A DNA stretch of 60,853 nucleotides from an uncultured virus (IMG/VR IMGVR_UViG_3300008108_004630) (Duplodnaviria; Heunggongvirae; Uroviricota; Caudoviricetes), in IMG/VR virus record IMGVR_UViG_3300008108_004630, one strand, 5' to 3'. Shown piece by piece: positions 28,186-37,378 of this stretch. The position numbers and the translations under genes were made by a program. Within the stretch, counting starts at the first letter, position 1. Every line of letters starts with the position of its first letter. A model generated the notes under the pieces. The model ran no database searches. It saw nothing but the letters and a program-made list of their open reading frames with translations, and was not told the origin of the DNA.

Positions 28186-28415
28186 GTTTCTAGTAGACGA
28201 GGGATTGACACGATACGTAACGTCAGTCAATGAAGACTGCTAGAGGAGAGCCTGTTGAAGAGGCTATGTAAAATTTCTCAACAAATTCACACTCTGAGCT
28301 GTCGGTTGGTGAAGGTTTATAGAGATGACAGAACGTTCCAGTCTGTGTGGGGGGTTGGAAAAGAGATCATGGCAAGATGCAACGCTCTTGTGCATAGCCC
28401 ACACCAAATTTTAAA

Positions 28416-28892
28416 ATGAAAAAACTAATCGCAACCATACTAACTATATGGCCTCTACAAACCTATGCTAACGACTGTGTTATCATAGGTTTTCGTGGTT
28501 TAAAAGGCCAATTTGATCAGACAGCTTTTGAAGATTATGCTAAATTACGAGGATTGTATCCTATAACACTTTATCATGAAGACTTAGATATTGCTATGTC
28601 TATAGTCGAAGATGAAAAATGCTACTATCTTTACGGTTTCAGCAAAGGAGCTGAATCTGTAATGAAAGTAGTTAAAGCTGCTTACGATAAACTATATCCG
28701 TCTCCAATAGAAGTTATGACTATTGGAGCGTATAAAACCGCCAATGTAGATTTTAGACCGTACAATATACAGTTTAAAAACTATTTTGATGAAAGCGGCA
28801 AGGGACAACGTTCCCCTGGTATTCATGTTGCAGGAATACCGCACAATAAAATGCAACAGTATGTTTTGAAAGAAGAAAGTGAGAAGAAATGA
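28416..28892 (+). CDS. Exported alpha/beta-hydrolase-like protein
   Basis: Signal peptide, GFSKG nucleophile-elbow-like motif. Confidence 0.5.
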   Translation: MKKLIATILTIWPLQTYANDCVIIGFRGLKGQFDQTAFEDYAKLRGLYPITLYHEDLDIAMSIVEDEKCYYLYGFSKGAESVMKVVKAAYDKLYPSPIEVMTIGAYKTANVDFRPYNIQFKNYFDESGKGQRSPGIHVAGIPHNKMQQYVLKEESEKK

Positions 28893-29467
28893 AAACCGTT
28901 GGAGATAAGCTAGAATCATTTAATATTAAAGGCGTTAAGCCTGGCGTATTAGAGGGTGAGGATGCTTTTGAGCATCTTGACGAGACTAGTTTTCCGGGTA
29001 AGTGGAAAGTAATAGTATTTTATCCTAAAGACTTTACCTTTGTATGCCCTACTGAGATTGTAGCTTATGATAAGCTAAATAAGGATTTTGAAGACCGAGA
29101 TACCGTTCTTCTTATCGGATCAACCGATAATGAGTTCTGCAAACTAGCATGGAGAAACGCACATCCCGATCTAAAGAAGACTAATTCTTGGATGTTTGCC
29201 GATACTCTTCGAGAAGGGTTTGTAGATCCTGTAGAAGATGTCGAGATTACAGGCCTAGCCTATCAGCTAGGAGTTCTTGATACTACCTCTGGTGTTGCAC
29301 TCCGTGCAACTTTTATCGTAGATCCTAGCGATGTTATTCAGCACGTCTCGGTGAATAACCTAAACGTAGGACGTAGTGCTGATGAGACCCTACGTATTCT
29401 AGATGCACTACAGACGGACGAGCTCTGTGCTTGCAATCGTCCTGTAGGAGGCGCAACACTCTCATGA
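28889..29467 (+). CDS. ahpC: Peroxiredoxin AhpC
   Basis: FYPKDFTFVCPTEI, LRATFIVDP, GRSADETLR, LCACN. Confidence 0.96.
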   Translation: MKTVGDKLESFNIKGVKPGVLEGEDAFEHLDETSFPGKWKVIVFYPKDFTFVCPTEIVAYDKLNKDFEDRDTVLLIGSTDNEFCKLAWRNAHPDLKKTNSWMFADTLREGFVDPVEDVEITGLAYQLGVLDTTSGVALRATFIVDPSDVIQHVSVNNLNVGRSADETLRILDALQTDELCACNRPVGGATLS

Positions 29468-29946
29468 GCTGGGTAGAAGGTTTACAGAGTTATGCGCCGG
29501 CTTATGCTAAGGATACTCGACTAAATCTATCTGCCGTGCTTACTAAGAGTAGTTTAGATGAAGCTACTGCTATGGGTTGTGCCCTAGCAGTAGCTTATGC
29601 ACTAGACAGTAGAAATCTAGTAACAACACTGGCAGAATATGCTAGCCCAGAAGTAAGAGAGCGAGCACACGTAGCGGCCATGCTTATGGCCCAGAATAAT
29701 ATCTGGTATCCTTACGCAGAAGTTGCAGGATTTGAAGATAAAAATCCTAGATTACGTATGAATGGGATTGTTCAATACGGCGGACCAGAGTTTGAGGCAT
29801 ATAGCCTTGCTGCTTCTATCGTTGGAAAGTGTCACTTCTGTGTTCGTGCCCATGTCGATGGGCTAAAGAAACATGGTTGGACAGCAGAACAAATTAGAGA
29901 CATAGGACGCGTTACTGCGGTAATTGCATCCTTGTCTAAGGCTTGA
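29464..29946 (+). CDS. ahpD: Alkyl hydroperoxide reductase AhpD
   Basis: MAQNNIWY, SIVGKCHFCVRAH; coupled to ahpC. Confidence 0.92.
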   Translation: MSWVEGLQSYAPAYAKDTRLNLSAVLTKSSLDEATAMGCALAVAYALDSRNLVTTLAEYASPEVRERAHVAAMLMAQNNIWYPYAEVAGFEDKNPRLRMNGIVQYGGPEFEAYSLAASIVGKCHFCVRAHVDGLKKHGWTAEQIRDIGRVTAVIASLSKA

Positions 29947-30011
29947 GGTTTAGTTAACCGAGCGGATCTCATAAGTCTGCCATTCTGGTGCGATTCCAGG
30001 TCAAGCCACCA
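29940..30011 (+). tRNA. tRNA with CAT anticodon (Met or Ile2), reduced D-loop
   Basis: GGCTTGA/TCAAGCC-ACCA acceptor, loop CTCATAA; overlaps ahpD stop. Confidence 0.7.
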
Positions 30012-30188
30012 ATTAAATGCCAGCATTAAACAAATGCTGGCATTTTATATTTGCCCAGCACTTAAGAAAGTTGTATTATATATTACATTTTGGCAGTTTG
30101 CTAAGCTAAACCTGCCTGATAGCCCTAGATTAAGAATGGAAGAGTGGGCTTCTTCATCTTATTTAAATATTTGATGAAAGGAACCACT

Positions 30189-30557
30189 ATGTCAAACTAC
30201 TGGGGATATCACCTACGTATTGATGCACGCGCTTGCGTCATCGAAAAAATCAAGAGCATTCCGTATGTTCTTCAATATAACGAATCACTACTTAAACTCA
30301 TTGGCATGAAGTCAATGGGCACTCCTTGGATTGAAGATTGTGGTCCAAAGGATCGCCCTGATCTATGCGGTATCACACTACTTCAGCCAATCGAAACCTC
30401 AAGCATTACTGCCCATCTGTGCAATGAGTCAGGCGATGGATATCTAGATATCTTTTCTTGCAAGCCGTTCGACAATGAGGCTGTAGTCGCTCACTTCCGT
30501 GAGTGGTTTGAGCCACAGAACGCAAAGTGGGACTTTACCATTCGACAGGCTTGCTAA
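30189..30557 (+). CDS. Pyruvoyl-dependent decarboxylase, SpeD family (divergent)
   Basis: GYHLRID, GITLLQPIETSSITAH, YLDIFSCKPFD. Confidence 0.85.
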   Translation: MSNYWGYHLRIDARACVIEKIKSIPYVLQYNESLLKLIGMKSMGTPWIEDCGPKDRPDLCGITLLQPIETSSITAHLCNESGDGYLDIFSCKPFDNEAVVAHFREWFEPQNAKWDFTIRQAC

Positions 30558-30558
30558 G

Positions 30559-30915
30559 ATGAGTTTTTCTCATCCTACAAACTACGTAGGCAAACACCTC
30601 TTAATTGAGGTGTTTGACTCTCCGGCTCTAACTAGAGAGAATGTGTTAAATGCAATGCTCATGGCCTGTAATGCGACAGGGGCAACTATTATCCATGTGC
30701 ACGATCATCAGTTCTCTCCGCAAGGATGCAGCGGAGTAATTCTCTTAGCAGAAAGCCACGCCTCTTGGCACACGTTTCCAGAACTTAATTACGCTAGTAT
30801 AGACATCTTTACTTGCGGTAATTGTGATCCTTGGAAAGCTATAGAGGTTTTGCGACGAGAGTTAGAAACTGATAGTATACGAGTAAAAGAAGAATATAGA
30901 GGACTTGGAGTCTAA
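30559..30915 (+). CDS. speD: S-adenosylmethionine decarboxylase proenzyme
   Basis: GKHLLIE, HQFSPQGCSGVILLAESHASWHTFPE, DIFTCG. Confidence 0.92.
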   Translation: MSFSHPTNYVGKHLLIEVFDSPALTRENVLNAMLMACNATGATIIHVHDHQFSPQGCSGVILLAESHASWHTFPELNYASIDIFTCGNCDPWKAIEVLRRELETDSIRVKEEYRGLGV

Positions 30916-31121
30916 TTAAACCGGGAGAAATCCCGGTTTTTTTATTATTGACTACTGGACCTTACTACGATAAGCTTTAACTATGCGCTGCGTAGTTTGT
31001 AACGGTCTTCATTTAAAATTTCCATATAACTGTGAACAACGTGCTAAAAAGTTAAAAATCTTAGACGAGTTCTACGATTATATATCTGCTTACAACTTAC
31101 ACAGCTCCAAAAAGGATATCT

Positions 31122-31292
31122 ATGGCACTTCGATTTCAGGGAAAAAAGATGAAATCTCACTTGGATAAAATGTTATCTAAGTATAAAAGAGGCGAATCAG
31201 TCGGAGCTACAGCAGAGGCTAGATTAAAAGCCAGAGGTCTTATCTCTAGAGAAACTGGAGAAAAGAAAAAAGGAAAATTAGGTAAATCATGA
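31122..31292 (+). CDS. Small basic protein
   Basis: Manual translation YKRGESVGATAEARLKARGLISR; ATGA-coupled to nuclease. Confidence 0.55.
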   Translation: MALRFQGKKMKSHLDKMLSKYKRGESVGATAEARLKARGLISRETGEKKKGKLGKS

Positions 31293-31729
31293 AAAAGTTA
31301 CTATTATCTACTGCATTTGTTCTTATTGCAACAACTGCATTTGCACAGACAAAATCATATGACTGGAAAGTTTTAAGAGTTGTAGATGGAGATACTTTAG
31401 AGATTGATGTAGCCTCTATGAGACTACCTCCTGAATTAGGACTTAAAGTAAGAGTTCTAGGAGTAGATACGCCAGAAAAAGGTGGAAGAGCCAAGTGCCC
31501 TTCTGAGGCTGCACTAGCTGTCAAAGCTACTGAGCACACCAAAAAACTAGTAGAGACTGCAAAGGCTAATAATACCACTATTACTTTTAGCAAAGTTAAA
31601 TGGGATAAATTTGGTGGAAGAATTAATGCCGATGTAATGGTTGGCGATGTAAACTTAGCTAAATCTTTAATTGCAGCTGGACTAGCTAGAGAGTATTATG
31701 GAGAAGAAAAAAAATCTTGGTGTGAATAA
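31289..31729 (+). CDS. Thermonuclease (SNase) family, exported
   Basis: RVVDGDT, VRVLGVDTPE, DKFGGR; signal peptide. Confidence 0.92.
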   Translation: MKKLLLSTAFVLIATTAFAQTKSYDWKVLRVVDGDTLEIDVASMRLPPELGLKVRVLGVDTPEKGGRAKCPSEAALAVKATEHTKKLVETAKANNTTITFSKVKWDKFGGRINADVMVGDVNLAKSLIAAGLAREYYGEEKKSWCE

Positions 31730-32379
31730 TGCCTTATTTAAACCATAATATACCTACTATACCTTGTTATATTAGGAATGAGTATCTGTTTAATCACCGT
31801 AAAGGTCACGGGGAGTATACTCCTTGCAATATGCACTCAGTAGCTTCTATTGAGAATAGAGTTCCTCTATTTGAAGCATTTTTAGAAAATGGAGTAAATT
31901 GGACTCGTAGACCTATAACAGCCTTTTGTTGGAAGCAAGATGCTCCAGTTAGAGCATTGAATGAGCATATATATTGGGATTGTTTTAGTCCTTATATAGA
32001 TGTGCAAGTTAGAGCAAGACTAAATAGATTAAGAGCTAAACTTATATCCCCAACAGGAGATAAGAGAGAAGGTATATATTTGTTCACTCTCGATTGGTCT
32101 TTTGAAAATAGAGCAATATTAGATACTAACTTCTCTGAAACTCCAGAACATAAGTGCGGCCACCTATTCCAAATGGACGAGGGCAACTACTACATCTATC
32201 CTAATAATAGAATTATCTGGCATGACAATGCCTGGGTGAAAGATCCTATAACTAGTAACCCAGGTTATGAGATTGATCTTACTATATATTCTGTAGAAAA
32301 TAAAGATAAGATGTATACAGACGATAGTTATATGACTGAGTTTGTTATGGATGATAGCTTTAATATTCTTAAAGATTAA
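31729..32379 (+). CDS. Conserved hypothetical protein
   Basis: Well-formed ORF, YLFTLDW...EHKCGH...YPNNR. Confidence 0.7.
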   Translation: MPYLNHNIPTIPCYIRNEYLFNHRKGHGEYTPCNMHSVASIENRVPLFEAFLENGVNWTRRPITAFCWKQDAPVRALNEHIYWDCFSPYIDVQVRARLNRLRAKLISPTGDKREGIYLFTLDWSFENRAILDTNFSETPEHKCGHLFQMDEGNYYIYPNNRIIWHDNAWVKDPITSNPGYEIDLTIYSVENKDKMYTDDSYMTEFVMDDSFNILKD

Positions 32380-32382
32380 TAG

Positions 32383-32700
32383 ATGTTTAGCTTAACTCCC
32401 ATCGCTAGAGATTATATTAGGTTTCTATGCAAAGAAAACAATAAGATAGCAGTTAAGCTAGAAGTTAAGGGTGGCGGCTGCTCTGGTTTTGTGTATAACT
32501 ATGAATTTGTAGATAGTGCAGAACCTGATGATTTTGAGATAGATCTTTTAACTTGTAAGTTTTTTGTAGACAGTATGAGTTTGCTATATGTAGCTGGGAC
32601 AGAGTTAGATTACGAACAGACTATTGGAAGCAGCGGTTTAAAACTTAAAAACCCAAATCAAAAAGCTGGATGTGGGTGTGGGAAGTCTTTTAGTATTTAG
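32383..32700 (+). CDS. iscA: HesB/IscA Fe-S cluster carrier
   Basis: GGGCSGFVY, NPN...CGCGKSF. Confidence 0.93.
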   Translation: MFSLTPIARDYIRFLCKENNKIAVKLEVKGGGCSGFVYNYEFVDSAEPDDFEIDLLTCKFFVDSMSLLYVAGTELDYEQTIGSSGLKLKNPNQKAGCGCGKSFSI

Positions 32701-32736
32701 TTTTAACTTGCTAAATTACTCTGTATGTGAGATAAT

Positions 32737-33264
32737 GTGTCTATGCTAAAGATAGTTTGTGAAGATAAAGCTCGTCAGTATATCAAAGATATTGAGGATT
32801 GGACTATTTCTCAGGGCGGAGTCTGGAAAGGATTTAAACTGACTAAGGTTGAATTTGATTGGTCTCCACATCGAGTTACTTCTCGAGGCGGAATGTATTC
32901 TTCTGGCCCTGGTATTAATATCGCTATGCAGCGATACGGCAGTAGTTACTCATCTGTAAAAGCATATAGAGTTCATGAGTATAAGTCATTTGATAAAGAT
33001 CCTGATATCGGTGGATTTTTTACAGATAACAAGATGGACGGTCTAAAGATGATCCTGTGTCACGAGATAGCCCATGCTAGTCAGTTCTATCTGTATAAGG
33101 TTAATTACTTTAGGGACACTCCTCATGGTGAGACTTTTAAAACCATTTATAGAAAGATACGCAAGCAGTTTCTTAACTCTACTCTGCCAGATCAAGAGCC
33201 TCTCAGGGAAGAGTTTTGCAAGCAGGCTACTGACTTTACCAAGTTAGCAATGAGCGAACTATGA
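32737..33264 (+). CDS. SprT-like zinc metalloprotein
   Basis: HEIAH...PHGETFK. Confidence 0.7.
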   Translation: MSMLKIVCEDKARQYIKDIEDWTISQGGVWKGFKLTKVEFDWSPHRVTSRGGMYSSGPGINIAMQRYGSSYSSVKAYRVHEYKSFDKDPDIGGFFTDNKMDGLKMILCHEIAHASQFYLYKVNYFRDTPHGETFKTIYRKIRKQFLNSTLPDQEPLREEFCKQATDFTKLAMSEL

Positions 33265-33512
33265 TAAGAGAAGCTACTCTAAAAAATAGAATTACTGAAT
33301 TAGCAATTGCTATTCGCGATAGCCAACAGTCCTTAGAAAATGTAGTAGGAGAGATAGAATTTCTCGAAAAACAAATAGGGCAGCTTAGATATCAGATAAA
33401 GTATGCTTATTGTTTAGAAGATGGAAGCTATATAGATCTAGAGACTCTTTGCAAAGAGCACGATAAACTTAGGTCTATTCTAAACTCTTTAGGTAATAGC
33501 TATGTCGGCTGA
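33261..33512 (+). CDS. Hypothetical coiled-coil protein
   Basis: Coupled ORF. Confidence 0.55.
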   Translation: MIREATLKNRITELAIAIRDSQQSLENVVGEIEFLEKQIGQLRYQIKYAYCLEDGSYIDLETLCKEHDKLRSILNSLGNSYVG

Positions 33513-33665
33513 AGACAGAGTTAGATTGATGCACCAAGCATGGAGACAGCTAGACTATGATCTCGTGCAAGGCAGGCCTGATTTTTTAGAAATGGTCATG
33601 CGAGAATTTAATATAACTAAACAAGAAGCAATAATTTTGCTAGAAGAAATGGATAAATACCCACA

Positions 33666-34667
33666 ATGACCACCCTAATGTTAGTAGTTATAGCCCTAGT
33701 AGTAGTGGCTCTAGTATTTGATTTTACAAATGGATTTCATGATGCCGCAAACTCTATTGCTACTGTCGTAGCTACTGGAACTCTTTCACCGCTGCAAGCT
33801 GTTTCGCTTGCAGCGTTTTTTAATTTTATAGCAATGTGGGTATTTGAACTCAAAATTGCTGCTACTATAGGTAAAGGTATAGTAGATCCTGGTGTAGTAG
33901 ATCTTTATGTCTTGTTTGGATGTTTAACAGGTGCTATAACTTGGAATATGATTACTTGGTGGTTTGGCTTACCTACTTCTAGCTCTCACGCTATCATAGG
34001 AGGTCTAGTAGGTGCTACAGTAGCTAAGGCTGGATTTGATCCTTTGATAGATGGTGGTATAATAAAAATAGCCGCATTTATCTTAGTAGCTCCAGTCTTA
34101 GGATTTATACTTGGTGCTGGTATCTCTACTATATTAAAAGTAGCCGTACCAGAGAGTAAAACTACTGAACGTTGGTTTAAGTGGCTTCAAGTAGCATCTG
34201 CAAGTCTATACAGTCTTGGACATGGAACTAATGATGCTCAGAAAACCGCTGGTGTAATATTTTTGATATTGATTGCAGGCGGCTACTTAACTAAGACTGA
34301 CGCAATTCCTTTCTGGGTAGTGTTTTCAAGTTTCGCAGTTATGGGACTTGGAACCTTAGCTGGTGGTTGGAGGATCGTACAGACCCTAGGATATAAACTA
34401 ACAGCATTAAATCCCAGAAGTGGTTTTGCTGCTGAGAGTGGTGGATCTATGATGTTATTCGGCGCAAGCGCCCTTGGCATACCTGTATCTACTACTCACA
34501 CCATTACAGGATCTATACTAGGAGTAGGATCTGCTCAACGTGAACCAGAAGTACATTGGGGAGTAGCAGGACGCATCTTAATAGCTTGGATTATTACTAT
34601 TCCGGCCTCTGCCCTAATGGCTGCGGCTTTTTGGGTTGCTTCTATGACTGTAGCCGGCCACTTTTAA
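33666..34667 (+). CDS. pit: Inorganic phosphate transporter (PiT family)
   Basis: NGFHDAANSIAT, PTSSSHA, HGTNDAQK, PVSTTH. Confidence 0.95.
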   Translation: MTTLMLVVIALVVVALVFDFTNGFHDAANSIATVVATGTLSPLQAVSLAAFFNFIAMWVFELKIAATIGKGIVDPGVVDLYVLFGCLTGAITWNMITWWFGLPTSSSHAIIGGLVGATVAKAGFDPLIDGGIIKIAAFILVAPVLGFILGAGISTILKVAVPESKTTERWFKWLQVASASLYSLGHGTNDAQKTAGVIFLILIAGGYLTKTDAIPFWVVFSSFAVMGLGTLAGGWRIVQTLGYKLTALNPRSGFAAESGGSMMLFGASALGIPVSTTHTITGSILGVGSAQREPEVHWGVAGRILIAWIITIPASALMAAAFWVASMTVAGHF

Positions 34668-34703
34668 TTTGCTGATTACTACAAGATAATATACAATTAA
34701 AAA

Positions 34704-34985
34704 ATGAAAACTGAATTTATACTTGTTGAAACAATATCTCAACATCGCATGAGATATCTAGTAGAAGTACCAGAAGGTAAAACTTCTTGGGCGGAAGACA
34801 CTGTGACTATGGAACAGGCAAAAGAATTTTCTCAAAAACACTTAGGAGATATTATAACGTCTTCTAGGGTTATCTCTAAAAAAGATGCTATTAAGCTCTT
34901 TAAGGAAGATAATGATTACCTAAAGAATTGGAACGATGAACAAGTAATGAGAAGCGGTTTTACTACTATAGAAGAGCTACCATGA
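34704..34985 (+). CDS. Phage hypothetical protein
   Basis: ORF with promoter, EFSQKHLGD motif. Confidence 0.6.
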   Translation: MKTEFILVETISQHRMRYLVEVPEGKTSWAEDTVTMEQAKEFSQKHLGDIITSSRVISKKDAIKLFKEDNDYLKNWNDEQVMRSGFTTIEELP

Positions 34986-35185
34986 ACCCTAGAATTAATT
35001 TTAACTATTCAGACGATGACGACAACGAAATCACCTTATCTTTTAGGTCTCCTGATCTTGGTTATATGGTAGATAAGTTTAACGACTTCCTTAAAGCCAT
35101 AGGTCACTCAGAAGAAGTTCGTGTTGTTAACACGGAACCTTACGATGTGACTGTAAGTGATTATTCATACGAAAAATTTAAGTAA
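34982..35185 (+). CDS. Hypothetical protein
   Basis: Coupled ORF. Confidence 0.55.
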   Translation: MNPRINFNYSDDDDNEITLSFRSPDLGYMVDKFNDFLKAIGHSEEVRVVNTEPYDVTVSDYSYEKFK

Positions 35186-35225
35186 TCTTTTTGATGATTA
35201 GTCTTAAATATACTATAATATATTT

Positions 35226-35453
35226 ATGATTGCATATTGCGAAGATTGTGGAGATGAATATCCCGAGGGCAGATTTGCTCTCGGGATAACTATTTGTCTT
35301 AGTTGCGGAGAACATCAAGCTCGCTTAAAAGCGCAAGCTCGTAGTAAACAGATTATGCCTATGCATAAGTCTAATTATGTATATCTTGGCAGTGATATAA
35401 GCCTACACCGCCAAAAGGCAAGAGAAATGGCTAATAAAGTGATTGGAATCTAA
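35226..35453 (+). CDS. DksA/TraR-like C4 zinc-finger protein
   Basis: CEDCGDEYPEGRFALG..CLSC. Confidence 0.65.
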   Translation: MIAYCEDCGDEYPEGRFALGITICLSCGEHQARLKAQARSKQIMPMHKSNYVYLGSDISLHRQKAREMANKVIGI

Positions 35454-36012
35454 TGACCGAAGAAACAGTTATTCAACTAAAAAAGTTCCCTAAAGAATAT
35501 TACGCATCCACGCAGGATCTAAAAAATCCTAAATGGAGACGTTTTCGTCCTTGGCCCGCTAAGAAAATTAATGGCTATGAGATGAAAGCCGGTGTAGTAG
35601 CAGTCCGGCATAATTAAACAATAAATTTGCTATCTACCCAAAAGTTTCGTATAATGTATACATGATGAAGATTGCAGATACAATTAAGAATATGAAGCAG
35701 CTCCGTAAGTTTGATAGCCTCGCCGAGGCTCAGCTGTTTCTCGACAAGGTCTATGCTCTAGAGGAGTCTCGACCCGTCCATTACAAGTGCACTCTGGTGC
35801 GTCACCGCCCTCAGTTTCAGCATTGATCTACGTTCTATCTAGATACTAGCCCTTAAGCCCAAAGTCGTAATTCTAGAAGACATTCGAACCGATACGTGAG
35901 GTTCAGCAATACAGTTGAACGATCGCATACCCACCCACCTCCACCGCGGTATGCGCGGATCTAGCGCCTAGTCTGAGCCGGCCTATTCTACTCAGAATCG
36001 TTCTAATATAAA

Positions 36013-36087
36013 GGGCCCTTAGCTCAACGGGAGAGCATCGCCTTTGCACGGCGGGGGTTAAGAGTTCAAATCTCTTAGGGTCCACCA
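36013..36087 (+). tRNA. tRNA-Ala(TGC)
   Basis: G3:U70, cloverleaf, CCA. Confidence 0.93.
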
Positions 36088-36102
36088 TTTTTTAGAAAAT
36101 TA

Positions 36103-36173
36103 TACGCAGTAGTGTAATCATAGCACACCACCCTTTTAAGGTGGAGCTCCTGGTTGGAGTCCAGGTTGCGTAT
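36103..36173 (+). tRNA. Degenerate tRNA (TTT anticodon), no encoded CCA
   Basis: All four stems pair; T-loop TTGGAGT atypical. Confidence 0.55.
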
Positions 36174-36330
36174 ACTGGCTACTAACTCTATTTTAGTCTT
36201 TACGAGACCGATGTTCCATCGGGCTGTATTTTTAGAAGCAAAGAGTTTTTAGCCACTAGTCTGATACTAGCCGATATCGTAGTCGAAATACAGACAGGCT
36301 AACCCAAGTCCGTGGTGGTTAGCAACTCTT

Positions 36331-36406
36331 GGGGGTATAGCTCAGTTAGTAGAGCAATCGGCCGATAACCGATAGGTCATAGGTGCAAACCCTGTTACCC
36401 CTACCG
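36331..36406 (+). tRNA. Second tRNA-Ile(GAT), C33 and CCG end
   Basis: Cloverleaf; loop CCGATAA. Confidence 0.7.
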
Positions 36407-36555
36407 TATAAAAGCACATTGACGGAGAGAAATCCTCTTCGGTCTTCTGACAAAGGCGATGAAGCACGTGTCAGCGTGAACCCGGTATCAGTGTGTTTCT
36501 ATATGGTATAAAAATTGTAATTGACCTTCTGTTCGAATTTTATTATACTATTCGA

Positions 36556-37125
36556 ATGAAAGATAAAATTATCCTTCTCTTAAAAGAAGGCAAAACATAT
36601 AACGAAATACAAAAATTATTAGGCTGTGCTAAGTCAACTATCAGTTACCATGCTAGTAAAATAGGTTTAGGAAAAACTAGAACAATCTATAATTGGAATG
36701 AAATACGATCTTACTATGAAAGTAATGAAGGTATAACAATTACTGATTGTATTGCAAAATTTGGTTTTTCAAAAGCGTCTTGGGATAAAGCAGTTGCTAG
36801 AGGAGATATAGTATCTAAAGTTAAAAAATTAACTCTAGATGATGTCTTAGTAGAAAATTGTAAACACGCTAGGCACTCTTTAAAAAGGTTACTGTTGAAA
36901 CATAATATACTTGATTATAAGTGTGCAAGATGCAGTATTAATACTTGGAATAACGAGTTTTTATCTCTAGAATTAGACCATATTAATGGTATTTGTAACG
37001 ATAATAGATTAGAAAATCTTAGATTTTTATGCCCAAATTGTCATAGTCAAACACCTACTCATGGTGCAAAAAATAAAATTTTTCAACGAAATATTAATAA
37101 CCTTTCATCTAGTGGTAAGATGTGA
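36556..37125 (+). CDS. HNH homing endonuclease with N-terminal HTH
   Basis: LELDHING..NDNRLENLRFLCPNCHSQT. Confidence 0.92.
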   Translation: MKDKIILLLKEGKTYNEIQKLLGCAKSTISYHASKIGLGKTRTIYNWNEIRSYYESNEGITITDCIAKFGFSKASWDKAVARGDIVSKVKKLTLDDVLVENCKHARHSLKRLLLKHNILDYKCARCSINTWNNEFLSLELDHINGICNDNRLENLRFLCPNCHSQTPTHGAKNKIFQRNINNLSSSGKM

Positions 37126-37171
37126 TACTCTGAATATCAACAGCGGGGTTCGAGTCCCTGAAGGTTAACCA
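37098..37171 (+). tRNA. tRNA-Gln(CTG)
   Basis: U1-A72, cloverleaf, CCA; overlaps HNH 3' end. Confidence 0.85.
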
Positions 37172-37177
37172 GTTTAT

Positions 37178-37251
37178 TGGGGAATCGTCTAGTGGTAGGA
37201 CAGCGGCCTTTGACTCCGTTTACGGTGGTTCGAATCCATCTTCCCCAGCCA
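37178..37251 (+). tRNA. tRNA-Gln(TTG)
   Basis: Cloverleaf, CCA. Confidence 0.92.
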
Positions 37252-37301
37252 ATACTTTTAAATATGTAGTAGGTATCTTACTACATATTTAAGCGTATTA
37301 C

Positions 37302-37375
37302 GCGGAGTTGGCATATAGGTTGTGCTCCAGCCTTCCAAGCTGGCTAAACGAGTTCGAATCTCGTACTCCGCTCCA
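37302..37375 (+). tRNA. tRNA-Gly(TCC)
   Basis: Cloverleaf, CCA. Confidence 0.9.
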
Positions 37376-37378
37376 ATT

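Noticed and set aside
24503..28243. ORF-track entries overlapping tRNAs and the giant RNA (e.g. 24503, 25055, 25719, 26615, 27848)
   Set aside because: Spurious frames across structural RNA genes
30090..30165. SAM riboswitch upstream of speD pair
   Set aside because: Hairpins are present but I could not match SAM-I/II/V/SAM-SAH consensus; needs an Rfam scan
36103..36173. Ochre suppressor that could rescue csgF
   Set aside because: The 7-nt loop CTTTTAA centres on TTT, not TTA
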